Part shown: positions 39,668 to 49,255 of the stretch, piece after piece | How positions within the stretch are numbered: the first letter of the stretch is position 1 | Layout of the letters: every line of letters begins with the position of its first letter | Virus record (IMG/VR): IMGVR_UViG_3300002143_000235 | Span: 248,001-312,000 of that record | DNA length: 64,000 nucleotides | Strand: one strand, 5' to 3' | Notes under the pieces: model-generated | The model's input: only the letters and a program-made list of their open reading frames with translations | Databases searched by the model: none | Told to the model about the DNA's origin: nothing | Position numbers and translations under genes: made by a program

Positions 39668-40000
39668 ATGAAGAAAATAATTTTTGGTTTCATACTAGTG
39701 CTTGTTTTTTCATCCTGTAGTGATGGACCATTTACTGGTTATGTTGTAGGTAAGGAACATACAAGAGAACATATGAGCAATGAAAATGTGCAAACAGAAT
39801 CTGTTTGCTCTATAACTGCTCCTACACCAACATTAACTTATGCATATATTCCAGTGCATGTTGCGTCGCACCCTAAATCACATAAAGTGAATGAATCATA
39901 TGTACTATATGTTGCAAACAAACATACACTTCGACAGTTTAATGTTTCACAAAAAATATTCAATCAATATCATTGTGGTGATCAAATTACACTCAAATAA
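39668..40000 (+). CDS. Putative lipoprotein
   Basis: Signal with lipobox FSSC. Confidence 0.65.
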   Translation: MKKIIFGFILVLVFSSCSDGPFTGYVVGKEHTREHMSNENVQTESVCSITAPTPTLTYAYIPVHVASHPKSHKVNESYVLYVANKHTLRQFNVSQKIFNQYHCGDQITLK

Positions 40001-40005
40001 ATAAA

Positions 40006-40977
40006 ATGAAACAACATTTAATTAACAAAGAAGTAGCTGAAGATAGTGATGGATATTCTATCTATGCTAACCCAAACAAAGAGTTGAAACAAGAGATCAT
40101 TGATTTTGTTGCGAACTATGCACCAACTGAAGTGACTATTGGTTGGCCACCAAAAAAGTGGGAAATCATTGAAAAAGATGGTGCAGATTATAAACTTCAA
40201 AGTGGACGTGATACAAAATATGTATCAGTAATTGAGGTTGAGGAAGCTAAAGCTGATGGATTAAAAGCAGCTGTGAATGAAACATTTATCACAGGAAAAT
40301 ATTTTCATGAATGCTTCGGCACTTTGTATTATTATAAAGAATGCGATACGTCTCCATCATTACACATCATAAATATTACTGATGTTGTTGATATCACTGA
40401 TACAACAAAATTTCCTAATTCAATGATGGCTGGTACTAAATTTACAAATAATGATCTCAATTGTTATCAATCAGATGTCGAGTATAAAATGGAAACATAC
40501 AATGAAATAACTATGAAAGTTAGACCTGGTGTATGTGGAATGTTTTTTTCTTTCACTAATGATGGTGATTTTCGTAATCGTAATTACAATAAAAATCTTA
40601 ATTATTTTAACAACACTGTAATTGATCCACAAATCATGCTTGAAAATTTTAAAAACATGATTCGTACAAGTATTGGTAATAAGTTAGTTGTTAAAGGACT
40701 CAAAGGAAATAATTACTTTACCGACAACATGCTTTACATTCCATATTTTGTTGATGATCGTGGTGATTATAAATTTGGTGTTGAAATGATTAAAAGTCGT
40801 GCCGATGGAATTTCCTATCAGGAGTGTTCTGGTTATACTATTTATAAAAAACCATCAAAAACTGTAGATGTAACCGTAGATGAACTTATTAATCATATTA
40901 TGAGTTTAATTCCAGTTGAAGTAATGAATTTTTTTAATTTGGAATTTGTACTTAATTATAAATACGACTTCAATTAA
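40006..40977 (+). CDS. Hypothetical protein
   Basis: 323-aa ORF. Confidence 0.65.
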   Translation: MKQHLINKEVAEDSDGYSIYANPNKELKQEIIDFVANYAPTEVTIGWPPKKWEIIEKDGADYKLQSGRDTKYVSVIEVEEAKADGLKAAVNETFITGKYFHECFGTLYYYKECDTSPSLHIINITDVVDITDTTKFPNSMMAGTKFTNNDLNCYQSDVEYKMETYNEITMKVRPGVCGMFFSFTNDGDFRNRNYNKNLNYFNNTVIDPQIMLENFKNMIRTSIGNKLVVKGLKGNNYFTDNMLYIPYFVDDRGDYKFGVEMIKSRADGISYQECSGYTIYKKPSKTVDVTVDELINHIMSLIPVEVMNFFNLEFVLNYKYDFN

Positions 40978-41078
40978 TTATACATATTAAAAATAAATTG
41001 AGAACCTGGTACATTGTATCAGGTTTTTTCTTATATTTGTATCACTAACGTTTATTGTTCAATTAATAAAAAGATATT

Positions 41079-41612
41079 ATGTCAACTTGGGTAACAGAAA
41101 ATTGGGAGACTATGTGTCCAAAAGCAGATAATGAAATTGCTGCTATTATTAGTGAATTGTCGAATAAACAAATTACAATATTTGATGCATTTTTAGCTCT
41201 TGATAGAGTGCCATATGAATTTCCTGATGCCGACATTGCCAAAGAGACCATCAACAAATTCATGAACTATGCCGAAGAAGTGACTGATATTTCAGCGGAA
41301 GAAATTGAAATAATTTATCATATTGTTCAATGGGTTACATATGGTGCATCAGTGTCTTCATTAACATTTAATATGGAAACATTACAACCAGGACGTTCAG
41401 AATTTGTATCATTCTTTGTTGCAAAATTATTGAAAGCTTTCGGATACAATACACTTTGTGCTAATTACTACATGAGTTCTGGAAAATTCTTTGATTTTGA
41501 ACGACCAGCAAATCACAATGCAGAGATGGGTAAAATTAAATACTCTGCACCAAATCCAATCGAAGCTAGAGCTTTTCTTGAAAGCAAAGGTGTAACATTT
41601 ACAGAAGATTAA
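41079..41612 (+). CDS. Hypothetical protein
   Basis: First gene after promoter motif at 41032-41069. Confidence 0.65.
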   Translation: MSTWVTENWETMCPKADNEIAAIISELSNKQITIFDAFLALDRVPYEFPDADIAKETINKFMNYAEEVTDISAEEIEIIYHIVQWVTYGASVSSLTFNMETLQPGRSEFVSFFVAKLLKAFGYNTLCANYYMSSGKFFDFERPANHNAEMGKIKYSAPNPIEARAFLESKGVTFTED

Positions 41613-41614
41613 TT

Positions 41615-42193
41615 ATGAAATATACACAAAAAGATATCGATGCGTACAATGAACGTGCAATCGAAGAAGAAGGATACGAATTTGAAAGTTGGTTAAAATT
41701 ACAGCAATTACGTCATGGACGTAATGTAGAGATATACCACAAGCAAATCAAAGGAAAATACAAAGACAATATAAAACCGCTCCAAGTCAAAGATCGTGTG
41801 ACATTTTATGTTACAAAAAATAAGAATGACGAAGTGGTTTTTATACGTGGTTTGTGGTATGAATCAAAAAACAAAGTTTCATTGATTGGTTATATTACAG
41901 CTATCAATACAAAAACCGTAACAGTGCAAGTTGGTGAGCGTGAATTTACAATGGCACCAAAATATGTTTATCCAAAACTATCTTTTCATAAGACGGATAT
42001 TGAAATTCCTGAAGAATTGAAAAATGTATCTACTAAACGACTATTACAAATGCGTGATAGTTCTTTTAGTGGTTGGAGTCCAACTCACATGGGTACAGAA
42101 TTTACCATGGATCAAGTGTATGCTGAATTAGCAAATCGACCACATGTTCCCAACAAGAAAGAAAAGAAATTTTTTGGAAGTTTTAAAAAATAA
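41615..42193 (+). CDS. Hypothetical protein
   Basis: 192-aa ORF. Confidence 0.6.
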   Translation: MKYTQKDIDAYNERAIEEEGYEFESWLKLQQLRHGRNVEIYHKQIKGKYKDNIKPLQVKDRVTFYVTKNKNDEVVFIRGLWYESKNKVSLIGYITAINTKTVTVQVGEREFTMAPKYVYPKLSFHKTDIEIPEELKNVSTKRLLQMRDSSFSGWSPTHMGTEFTMDQVYAELANRPHVPNKKEKKFFGSFKK

Positions 42194-42404
42194 AAATGAA
42201 GTACTGGAAAAGGTTTTTTAAGCGTTTATTTTGTGTTCATGATTATGAAATGACACACGAATTTGAAATTCCATCAAAAGCTGATATGATTTCTAGTTTG
42301 GGTCTCAAACCAAATACACATACATCATTCAAACGCAAGTACATAACTGATATGAAGTGTACTAATTGTAAAAAACATAAACGTTTAACCGAATACACAT
42401 CATT

Positions 42405-43205
42405 ATGAATATTCATTTTACTGATAAAGAACTCTTTGAAAAACTGAAAGCGGCTTCGATCGTTCGTGTATTGGTTGGTTCTCATATGTATGGAACAAAC
42501 AATGCTGATTCAGATATTGATTATTTGTATATCTATGCTACTTCTGATAACGAGCTTAATTCGTTCATCCAGACGCATCATCAGCTTCAATATAAAGAAG
42601 AAGGTATCGATCATAATTTCGTATCATTACACACGTTCTTAAAGAACACAATCAATGGTGATTCACCAATGAATTTTGAAGTGATTCATTCTGGAAGCTT
42701 TCAAGGAACTATGCTTGAGTTTTTGTATGACAATCGTAACAGATTCAATACGTACACTGTCTTAAAAGCATATTTAGGAATGGCTCGTCGTGATGCAAAA
42801 TTTTATCACAAAGAATCCACAACTAAAGGTAAAGCCAAAAAGCTTGGTCATGTACAAAGAGCTGATATTTATTGTCATACACTATTAAATCATAATTTTG
42901 ATTTTACAACATGTAACATTATTCTCAAAGATGTTATTAAAAATAATTTGACTTTAGTAGAAAACAATTTTGCGATTCGTTCAGCTGATGAAAATATTTC
43001 TCGATTGAGAAATTTAATGAATGATCACCTTAATGCTGGCACACTTGGTATGGCTCAGAAAATGGATATCATAGATTCAAAAATCTTGACATGTGCATTA
43101 CAAGAGCTGATGATGAATAATACATATTTATCACATAAAGCAGTATTAGAAAACTTTGACATCGGAATGTTCTTGAATGCATTTGAAAATTGGGTTGAAT
43201 ACTAA
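42405..43205 (+). CDS. Pol-beta-superfamily nucleotidyltransferase (YcgL/RlaP-like)
   Basis: VGSHMYGTNNADSDIDY (GS...DxD). Confidence 0.8.
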   Translation: MNIHFTDKELFEKLKAASIVRVLVGSHMYGTNNADSDIDYLYIYATSDNELNSFIQTHHQLQYKEEGIDHNFVSLHTFLKNTINGDSPMNFEVIHSGSFQGTMLEFLYDNRNRFNTYTVLKAYLGMARRDAKFYHKESTTKGKAKKLGHVQRADIYCHTLLNHNFDFTTCNIILKDVIKNNLTLVENNFAIRSADENISRLRNLMNDHLNAGTLGMAQKMDIIDSKILTCALQELMMNNTYLSHKAVLENFDIGMFLNAFENWVEY

Positions 43206-43988
43206 AATTATTATACATGTTTGATAAAAATATACGAGTTAACAACTCATCGCAACATTTTAATAATCAAGAACTAACTGTTAATAATAATCAAGAAGCT
43301 GTAGGTAATATATCTAAAAGCTCCAATCAATCTCGATTTATCATTATTAATCAAAACAGTAAATCTTTTGCGTCGTTAAATTCACGTTCACCATACTATA
43401 TAGAAACCATTACAACTTCATCATTATTTAATGATGCACCACATCATCGACGTGATATGACATTTATAAGTAAAAAATATGTAATAGTCACCAATCATGT
43501 AAATGTTGATGTTCTTAATATTTTAATTGTTGGTAAACTCATTACATTTGAAGTTGTTGAAAAAGATGTTATTGCAGTTGATAACGATTCAATATATCCA
43601 TCTAATTCATCATATAAATTTATAAGTGAAGGATCCTCTATTATTTAATTTCTATATGTCAATTTGAATTCGCATATTTGCTTAAAACATATTATACATG
43701 TCAGAATTTAAAACACGAGATGAACTAGCAATCAGCATGCCGATGGATGCATTACCTGAATTAAAAACTGCCCAAAGCATAGAAATAGCTGCAAAAATTG
43801 TTGGTATTGATATTGAAAATTTCAATGAAGATAATGAAGAAGAAGGTCTTATCATGATGTCAAATTTATCACATCGTTGGCACGCATATAATCGTTATCT
43901 CTATGCTGATGCAATGATTGCAATGCGTGAGGAAACACTTAACAATCAATCAGATACAACTGATCGAGAAGGAAAAGCTTAATTTTAA

Positions 43989-44062
43989 GGTCCTGTAGCT
44001 CAGTTGGTTAGAGCATTCGACTCATAATCGACAGGTCGTGGGTTCAAGTCCCTCCGGGACCA
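43989..44062 (+). tRNA. tRNA with CAT anticodon, most like Ile2 (lysidine type); Met not excluded
   Basis: GGTCCTGTAGCTCAGTTGGTTAGAGC...CTCATAA...GGTTCAAGTCC...GGGACCA. Confidence 0.9.
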
Positions 44063-44368
44063 CAAAACTATTAAAATGTCTAAAATAGAACAAAAATATA
44101 GATTCAAACCAACCGAAATGAATTTACGTTGGAAAGAAGGTCTTGCATTATATAATTTCAAAAATAATACAAATCATACATATGATCAGTTTTTGAATGA
44201 GCTTGTTGATGAAGATTTCAATTCAGCGTTTGATAAATGTGTTGATGAAATTCATGCTTTTGATAATCTTTTAATAGAAGATTATCAAAAAGCAATGAAA
44301 TTGAAAGATTCTAAATATGCATGTCTTGATTCATATTTAGAACTTGTTGAAGATAAATACAATTAATT

Positions 44369-44896
44369 ATGAGAACATCAACAGAATGGTGGGCTGAAAC
44401 AAAAGCCGATTCAGAAAAAATTATAAATTGGTTGAAGAACCAATACCACGGAGAAGCTGTTGCTTCCGAACGTATTCGTAAATTTATTCTTCCAACAATG
44501 GATGGAAAATATCAATTTATGGTTGAACGTATTGCAGATGATGAGGAAAAACATGCATCATGGGTAGGCGAATTGCTTGCTACACGTGGAATTACACCAG
44601 CAATTCTACAGAAAGAAGAACGTTATTGGAAAGAAGTAATTACAGAGGATTTTACATCTGATGGTAATTATGCTGCGGCTGTTGCTGCACATGCTGAAGA
44701 AATGCGATTAGAACGCATCACAGTTATCATGAATGACGAAGAAGCTCCCGCTGATATAAAAAAATGTTTTACAAACATCTATAAAGATGAATTGTTTCAT
44801 GCAAAAGGATTCAAATTAATTGCTGGTGATACATATTACAACCAAGCATCAGCACAACATGCCAAAGGCTTAGAAGCTTTGGGTCTTATAGTATAA
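44369..44896 (+). CDS. Ferritin-like di-iron protein
   Basis: E...DEEKH...EE...DELFH four-helix ligand pattern. Confidence 0.75.
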   Translation: MRTSTEWWAETKADSEKIINWLKNQYHGEAVASERIRKFILPTMDGKYQFMVERIADDEEKHASWVGELLATRGITPAILQKEERYWKEVITEDFTSDGNYAAAVAAHAEEMRLERITVIMNDEEAPADIKKCFTNIYKDELFHAKGFKLIAGDTYYNQASAQHAKGLEALGLIV

Positions 44897-44899
44897 GTT

Positions 44900-45529
44900 A
44901 TGGAAACTATCAAAATTGATTTATCGTTACAAGACAATCAAGTTTATCATAAAAAAACAAATAAGTTATTGCATTTTGAAGAATCTTTCATGTCTATAGA
45001 TGAAACATTAGCAAGATATTTTCTAGAGAATACAAAGCTTGATTTAAGTCAATTTAAAAATAATGAAGTCATTCGTTTAGAAGGTCGAAGAATTCATAAT
45101 AATACAGATGATTGGTTTAATATTGCAACAAAAAAAATAGAACACTGGCAAGGTAGTTCTAGTAGTAGACCTAAAATATATGGTATGTCTACATATAGCG
45201 GTTCTAATGCTGAACACGCTATTTTGACAAAAGCTATTTTTGAGTTAAAAAAACAAACAGTGAACATTGCTATTGCTGACAAAAAGTTTTTCGTGGGTTT
45301 TTTGTCAGCGAAATATTGCAATCCTGATGAATTAGTATGCAAAGAATTTGAAGAAGGTCTAATTGAACGTCTTGACGAAGAACAAATTGCTAGTCGTAAA
45401 CCAGGAAGTGGTTATTTTAACGATTTAGGTTATGCATTTAAGTATACCGATAACAAAGAAAATTACACTGATATCAATTATTTGATTGATTTAATCAAAG
45501 TAAATAATTGTGAAATTAAAATATTTTAA
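44900..45529 (+). CDS. Hypothetical protein
   Basis: 209-aa ORF. Confidence 0.6.
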   Translation: METIKIDLSLQDNQVYHKKTNKLLHFEESFMSIDETLARYFLENTKLDLSQFKNNEVIRLEGRRIHNNTDDWFNIATKKIEHWQGSSSSRPKIYGMSTYSGSNAEHAILTKAIFELKKQTVNIAIADKKFFVGFLSAKYCNPDELVCKEFEEGLIERLDEEQIASRKPGSGYFNDLGYAFKYTDNKENYTDINYLIDLIKVNNCEIKIF

Positions 45530-45531
45530 CT

Positions 45532-45927
45532 ATGGAAATCAATTTTAGAAAAATAGAAGAATCACGTGCAGGTAAAGTTTATCTGAATGTTGTATACATG
45601 GGCGGTGATGCTGATACATCACATCCAGAAGAAATCTTGTTAGATGGTATTACATTTGACAATATCGGTGAGAAGACTGAAGAGATTGCTGCGTTAATTA
45701 AACCGTATGTAATTCTGCAAGACTTACTGGATGTTAATTCTTCAAGTTATACGGAAAATTATGCTGATGTTCTTGAGGAACATGGTGAAGAAATTGCAAA
45801 GTTATTTGACAACGTACCAGGTGATCCTACAACAGATTTTCAGTATAACTGTAGTATACGTTATATTGAATTAGTAGGATATGATTCAACTGGTGCAAGA
45901 CACAAAAGCGCAATTGATCTACGATAA
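45532..45927 (+). CDS. Hypothetical protein
   Basis: Contains YMGGDAD motif. Confidence 0.6.
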   Translation: MEINFRKIEESRAGKVYLNVVYMGGDADTSHPEEILLDGITFDNIGEKTEEIAALIKPYVILQDLLDVNSSSYTENYADVLEEHGEEIAKLFDNVPGDPTTDFQYNCSIRYIELVGYDSTGARHKSAIDLR

Positions 45928-46213
45928 TGAACTGGAAATTACCACAGTTTGAACAGTTCTATGATATCGAAGAGAAGGTACCAAGTATTTGGTCGACTTG
46001 GGAAGAAGCTGGAATTGCATGTGCTCAAGCGATTGCTTTTACTTGGGATATCAAAGATGCTGAACTTATTCATAGTATTGCTATAATTAGTTATCGTGTA
46101 CCAGGTTTAAAAATTACAAAACATGTTGATCCAATGTTATCATTTGCAATGCTATATCCTGCAGTAATGGTGAAATATGATCGATACGGAAATAAATATA
46201 ACATTCATTAAAA

Positions 46214-46486
46214 TGATCAGTGTAGGAATCGTAGTGGTTAGGCTTAGCCGTTGAAAGAGGTCAGTGACACGATGCAGGACTAATAGGGACTCAAGGTTTA
46301 AGTAACGTTGGTGCAAACCAGATACACCGAAGAGAAAACAGAATACCTGTGCTACACAATAAGGTCAGTTGACAGAACCGCATACTAGTTTGGTTTGGGT
46401 CAGGATGCAACTTTTAAAGGGAACACCGATTCAGTAATGATGATCACCCGATTAAGAAGCCGTCGGTTCGAGTCCGGCACTGATCA
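46214..46486 (+). ncRNA. ~270-nt structured RNA with tRNA-like acceptor stem and T arm (tmRNA-like layout)
   Basis: 5' TGATCAGT pairs with 3' ACTGATCA; T arm GTCGG-TTCGAGT-CCGGC; GC-richer than flanks; no long ORF. Confidence 0.7.
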
Positions 46487-46499
46487 CTAATTTTTTACA

Positions 46500-46976
46500 A
46501 TGACAAAAGAAATTATTGAAGAACAAATAACAGTTATTGACGAGCAGCTTGAAAAATATAAAAATGCCTTAAAAGAGATAGATAATCTTAAAAAATAGAA
46601 AACACAACTAAAAAATAAACTTGAGTTATTAAAACCAATACAAATTGAGGATTCACTTATTGTATCATTAACTGATGTTGAAGATAATAAAATTGATGCA
46701 TTAATTACAACTGCTATTAATGGTAAAATTAGAGATTGGGTTAATTATTATTTTGATGCTGATGATTTAGATGCTGATGATGTAATATATACAACACATA
46801 TGCTTATTGGATCTAGATTATTTGTAGTTGATATTAATTATGAAACTGAATGGCTTTCTGAATGGTATTCAGTTGATAGTTCTACTGGTAAGTTTATAAG
46901 TAAAAAAGAAATTTTTAATTTCACGGTTAACTGGAATAATGATGATATGTTTAATGCTACTTATCCACGACAGTAA
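46500..46976 (+). pseudogene. 158-codon frame interrupted by one in-frame TAG (46596-46598)
   Basis: MTKEIIEEQ...DNLKK*KTQLKNKLELL...ATYPRQ*; coiled-coil periodicity continues through the stop. Confidence 0.65.
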
Positions 46977-47099
46977 TTAAATTTAGATATTATTTATTGT
47001 GTATTAAGCAGTTTAAAAATAAATCAAAAATATTTTCATAAAATAACGTTTGATTTAAAAATAATGTGTATATTTGTATCACAATCAAACGAGATTGTA

Positions 47100-47174
47100 G
47101 ATAAGGTAGTTTAAGATAAAACATCCATAGAAGCTTTAACGCAGGATTTAAAGGTGCAAGTCCTTTTCTTATTA
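47100..47174 (+). ncRNA. tRNA-like RNA with expanded anticodon arm
   Basis: Acceptor GATAAGG/TCTTATT, D arm, T arm AAAGG-TGCAAGT-CCTTT; no 7-nt anticodon loop. Confidence 0.5.
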
Positions 47175-47280
47175 CATATAAGTTCTTTGAAACTTGACTA
47201 GAGACGGCAGAGTAGAGTAATTATGTTGGTAATAAGACTTCATAATGAAATGAATTGTCGTTTCTCAGTTCTAAAAAAAT

Positions 47281-47455
47281 GCGTAACTAAAAGACAGGTA
47301 GTTAGTAAACTAGATAAAAAATTTCGAAGCGATCGATAGAAGCACAATATATTCTAGTATGAAAGCAAACAATGGTTGTGTATCCTGCGCCGAAACATTG
47401 ATGGAGAATTCTAAGTCAATGTGGAATTAAATGGGTTCGAGTCCCTAGTTACGCT
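47281..47455 (+). ncRNA. ~175-nt RNA with tRNA-like acceptor stem and T arm
   Basis: GCGTAAC/GTTACGC closing stem; GGG-TTCGAGT-CCC T arm. Confidence 0.6.
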
Positions 47456-47550
47456 CAATTTTGCCGCCAAAAGGAGAACCGTGAGTCTGAGGTGTAAAAA
47501 CTGTACGACGAGCATACGTCATACCTTGCGGCGCCAAAACATTAAAAATA

Positions 47551-47632
47551 TTCTTGTGGTGTAATTAGCACGGTCCACTAAGTGGGAGAAGTTTGGGTAG
47601 GCGATTAACGCTATTTAAATCCCAACAAGAGC
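47551..47632 (+). ncRNA. Degenerate tRNA-like RNA
   Basis: TTCTTG/CAAGAG stem, D arm GTGT/GCAC, short anticodon loop, T loop carrying an insertion. Confidence 0.45.
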
Positions 47633-47889
47633 GGTATTCCAGGTTATCAATCTCCTTATGATTGGTTAGTTATGTCGGCACTAAAAGTTCGATCCTTGTT
47701 TAAAGTTTTTTATTGGTTAACAAAAACTACTTTATCTGTTCAATATGCGTGAACAGACGGTTTTATCTTAAACCGTATGCATAGATCGTTTAGTATATTA
47801 GCGTCAAAATATACAGACATACTAAGATATGTAACATCGTTGTCACTATACGCACTATGGAAATGTGTTTAAAAATGATGACGATAAAT

Positions 47890-47975
47890 GCGGAGGTGGC
47901 GAAATTGATTAACGTTTACGGACAAGTTTTCGTAGATGAAAAAATTCAATGTTGGTTTGAGTCCAACCCTCTGCA
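47890..47975 (+). tRNA. tRNA-Leu-like RNA with aberrant 10-nt anticodon loop (pseudo-tRNA)
   Basis: GCGGAGGTGGCGAAATTG start, variable arm, T arm GTTGG-TTTGAGT-CCAAC, acceptor GCGGAGG/CCTCTGC. Confidence 0.6.
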
Positions 47976-47982
47976 CTAAAAT

Positions 47983-48053
47983 ACAGGGTTAGTTTAAAGT
48001 TAAAACGCGGATCGTTGGGATCCGAGATGTTGGTTCAATTCCAATACGCTGTA
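47983..48053 (+). tRNA. Atypical tRNA (TTG/Gln if 7-nt loop CGTTGGG; identity uncertain)
   Basis: Canonical spacing of all arms but G33 in the loop and a G-G acceptor mismatch. Confidence 0.6.
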
Positions 48054-48170
48054 CAAATATTATTGATTGAACACCAATAAACGCAATGGTGAGACGGTAG
48101 TAATACCGTCTCATACAGGACCGATAAAGAAATTTATTGGTCCTTTTGCATTTTATATCAGTATTTTATC

Positions 48171-48198
48171 TATATTTGTACAGTTCAATTAATAATTA
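48171..48198 (+). promoter_or_regulatory. TAnnTTTG promoter plus GTTCAATTAATAATTA motif
   Basis: TATATTTGTACAGTTCAATTAATAATTA upstream of ATG 48208. Confidence 0.75.
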
Positions 48199-48207
48199 CA
48201 AATAATC

Positions 48208-48696
48208 ATGGAAGTAAATTTCAAACCTGAAAAATTTATCAATGCAGATCCACCAGAATTAACTGATGGAATGATTGATTGGTTTTATTCAAATCTGTGG
48301 TCTTGGCAACGTAATCGCTATGAATTTTGCGATATAAAGAAAATTGATACAATTAATGTACGATTAAACACATCGTACAATGGTTGGACTATTATATATT
48401 TTTACATCTCAATCAATGGTGGTCCTGAATTTTGTGCTGAATTTGATAAAACATACTACAGTGATTTTCACGATCGTTGGAAGAAAAACTATGGACGAGC
48501 ATTCAACCGCGATAAAGAACTTTGTACGCTTATTAATGTCAATGGTGTTGACATAGGTGATAATGGGCCAGTAGAACGTGAAGAAAGACGCATTGAACTT
48601 GCGGAATTAAAACGAAATGCAAAACAGCATGTTAAGCGATTACGTTCAACCTGGGAAAGTTACGTGCGTCTAAAAGCATATTTTAATATTGATTAA
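48208..48696 (+). CDS. Hypothetical protein
   Basis: First ORF after promoter. Confidence 0.65.
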   Translation: MEVNFKPEKFINADPPELTDGMIDWFYSNLWSWQRNRYEFCDIKKIDTINVRLNTSYNGWTIIYFYISINGGPEFCAEFDKTYYSDFHDRWKKNYGRAFNRDKELCTLINVNGVDIGDNGPVEREERRIELAELKRNAKQHVKRLRSTWESYVRLKAYFNID

Positions 48697-48698
48697 TA

Positions 48699-49082
48699 AT
48701 GTCTATTATTTCTATTACATACGACGAACCAAATACTGACACGTACCAAAGTGTTAAAGCATCTTTAAGTTTTAAGGATGATAAACGTGAATTTACTTCA
48801 GGTAATTTTATTAAAGATTGGTATGATGCTATTAAGTTTCTTATACATGAATCAGAAGATGGAGAACCGTGGTCACAATCCTCAAGTGTTGATCATTTTA
48901 TTATGGATGGTGCACAATTTAAAAGTGCTTATTTATGTAAAGACAACTTGATTGGTGGATGGCATCTTGTTTATGATTACGATGAAGTATCTTATGGATC
49001 AGGTATTGAGTTTTTTGTTGAAAAAAATACTCGTCCAACGTGGGATGAATTTAAAAATGAAATGGAAAAAATTAATGTATGA
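48699..49082 (+). CDS. Hypothetical protein
   Basis: 127-aa ORF. Confidence 0.6.
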   Translation: MSIISITYDEPNTDTYQSVKASLSFKDDKREFTSGNFIKDWYDAIKFLIHESEDGEPWSQSSSVDHFIMDGAQFKSAYLCKDNLIGGWHLVYDYDEVSYGSGIEFFVEKNTRPTWDEFKNEMEKINV

Positions 49083-49255
49083 ATGAATACAGAAAAATAG
49101 ATCTTGACAAACTTATTTCACAAGCAGGAAAAGTTAAAGTTACAATTATTAACGATGAGACAGGAGCAATTTCAGAAACTACATTTACTGATTATGAAAC
49201 AGCAGTACATGAGATTGAAATTCTTGAAAATGAAAATACAATTTACTTTTAAAAG

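Noticed and set aside
46214-46486. Canonical tmRNA (ssrA)
   Set aside because: No GGGG 5' end or G3-U70 pair, short length, no tag ending in Ala-Ala; kept only as tmRNA-like.
47463-47532. Known riboswitch or hammerhead ribozyme
   Set aside because: Closed by GCCGC/GCGGC, but I could not place the conserved core of any family I recognise.
47551-47632. Amber suppressor tRNA (CTA) explaining the TAG at 46596
   Set aside because: CTA cannot be centred in a 7-nt loop with U33, and the T loop carries an insertion.
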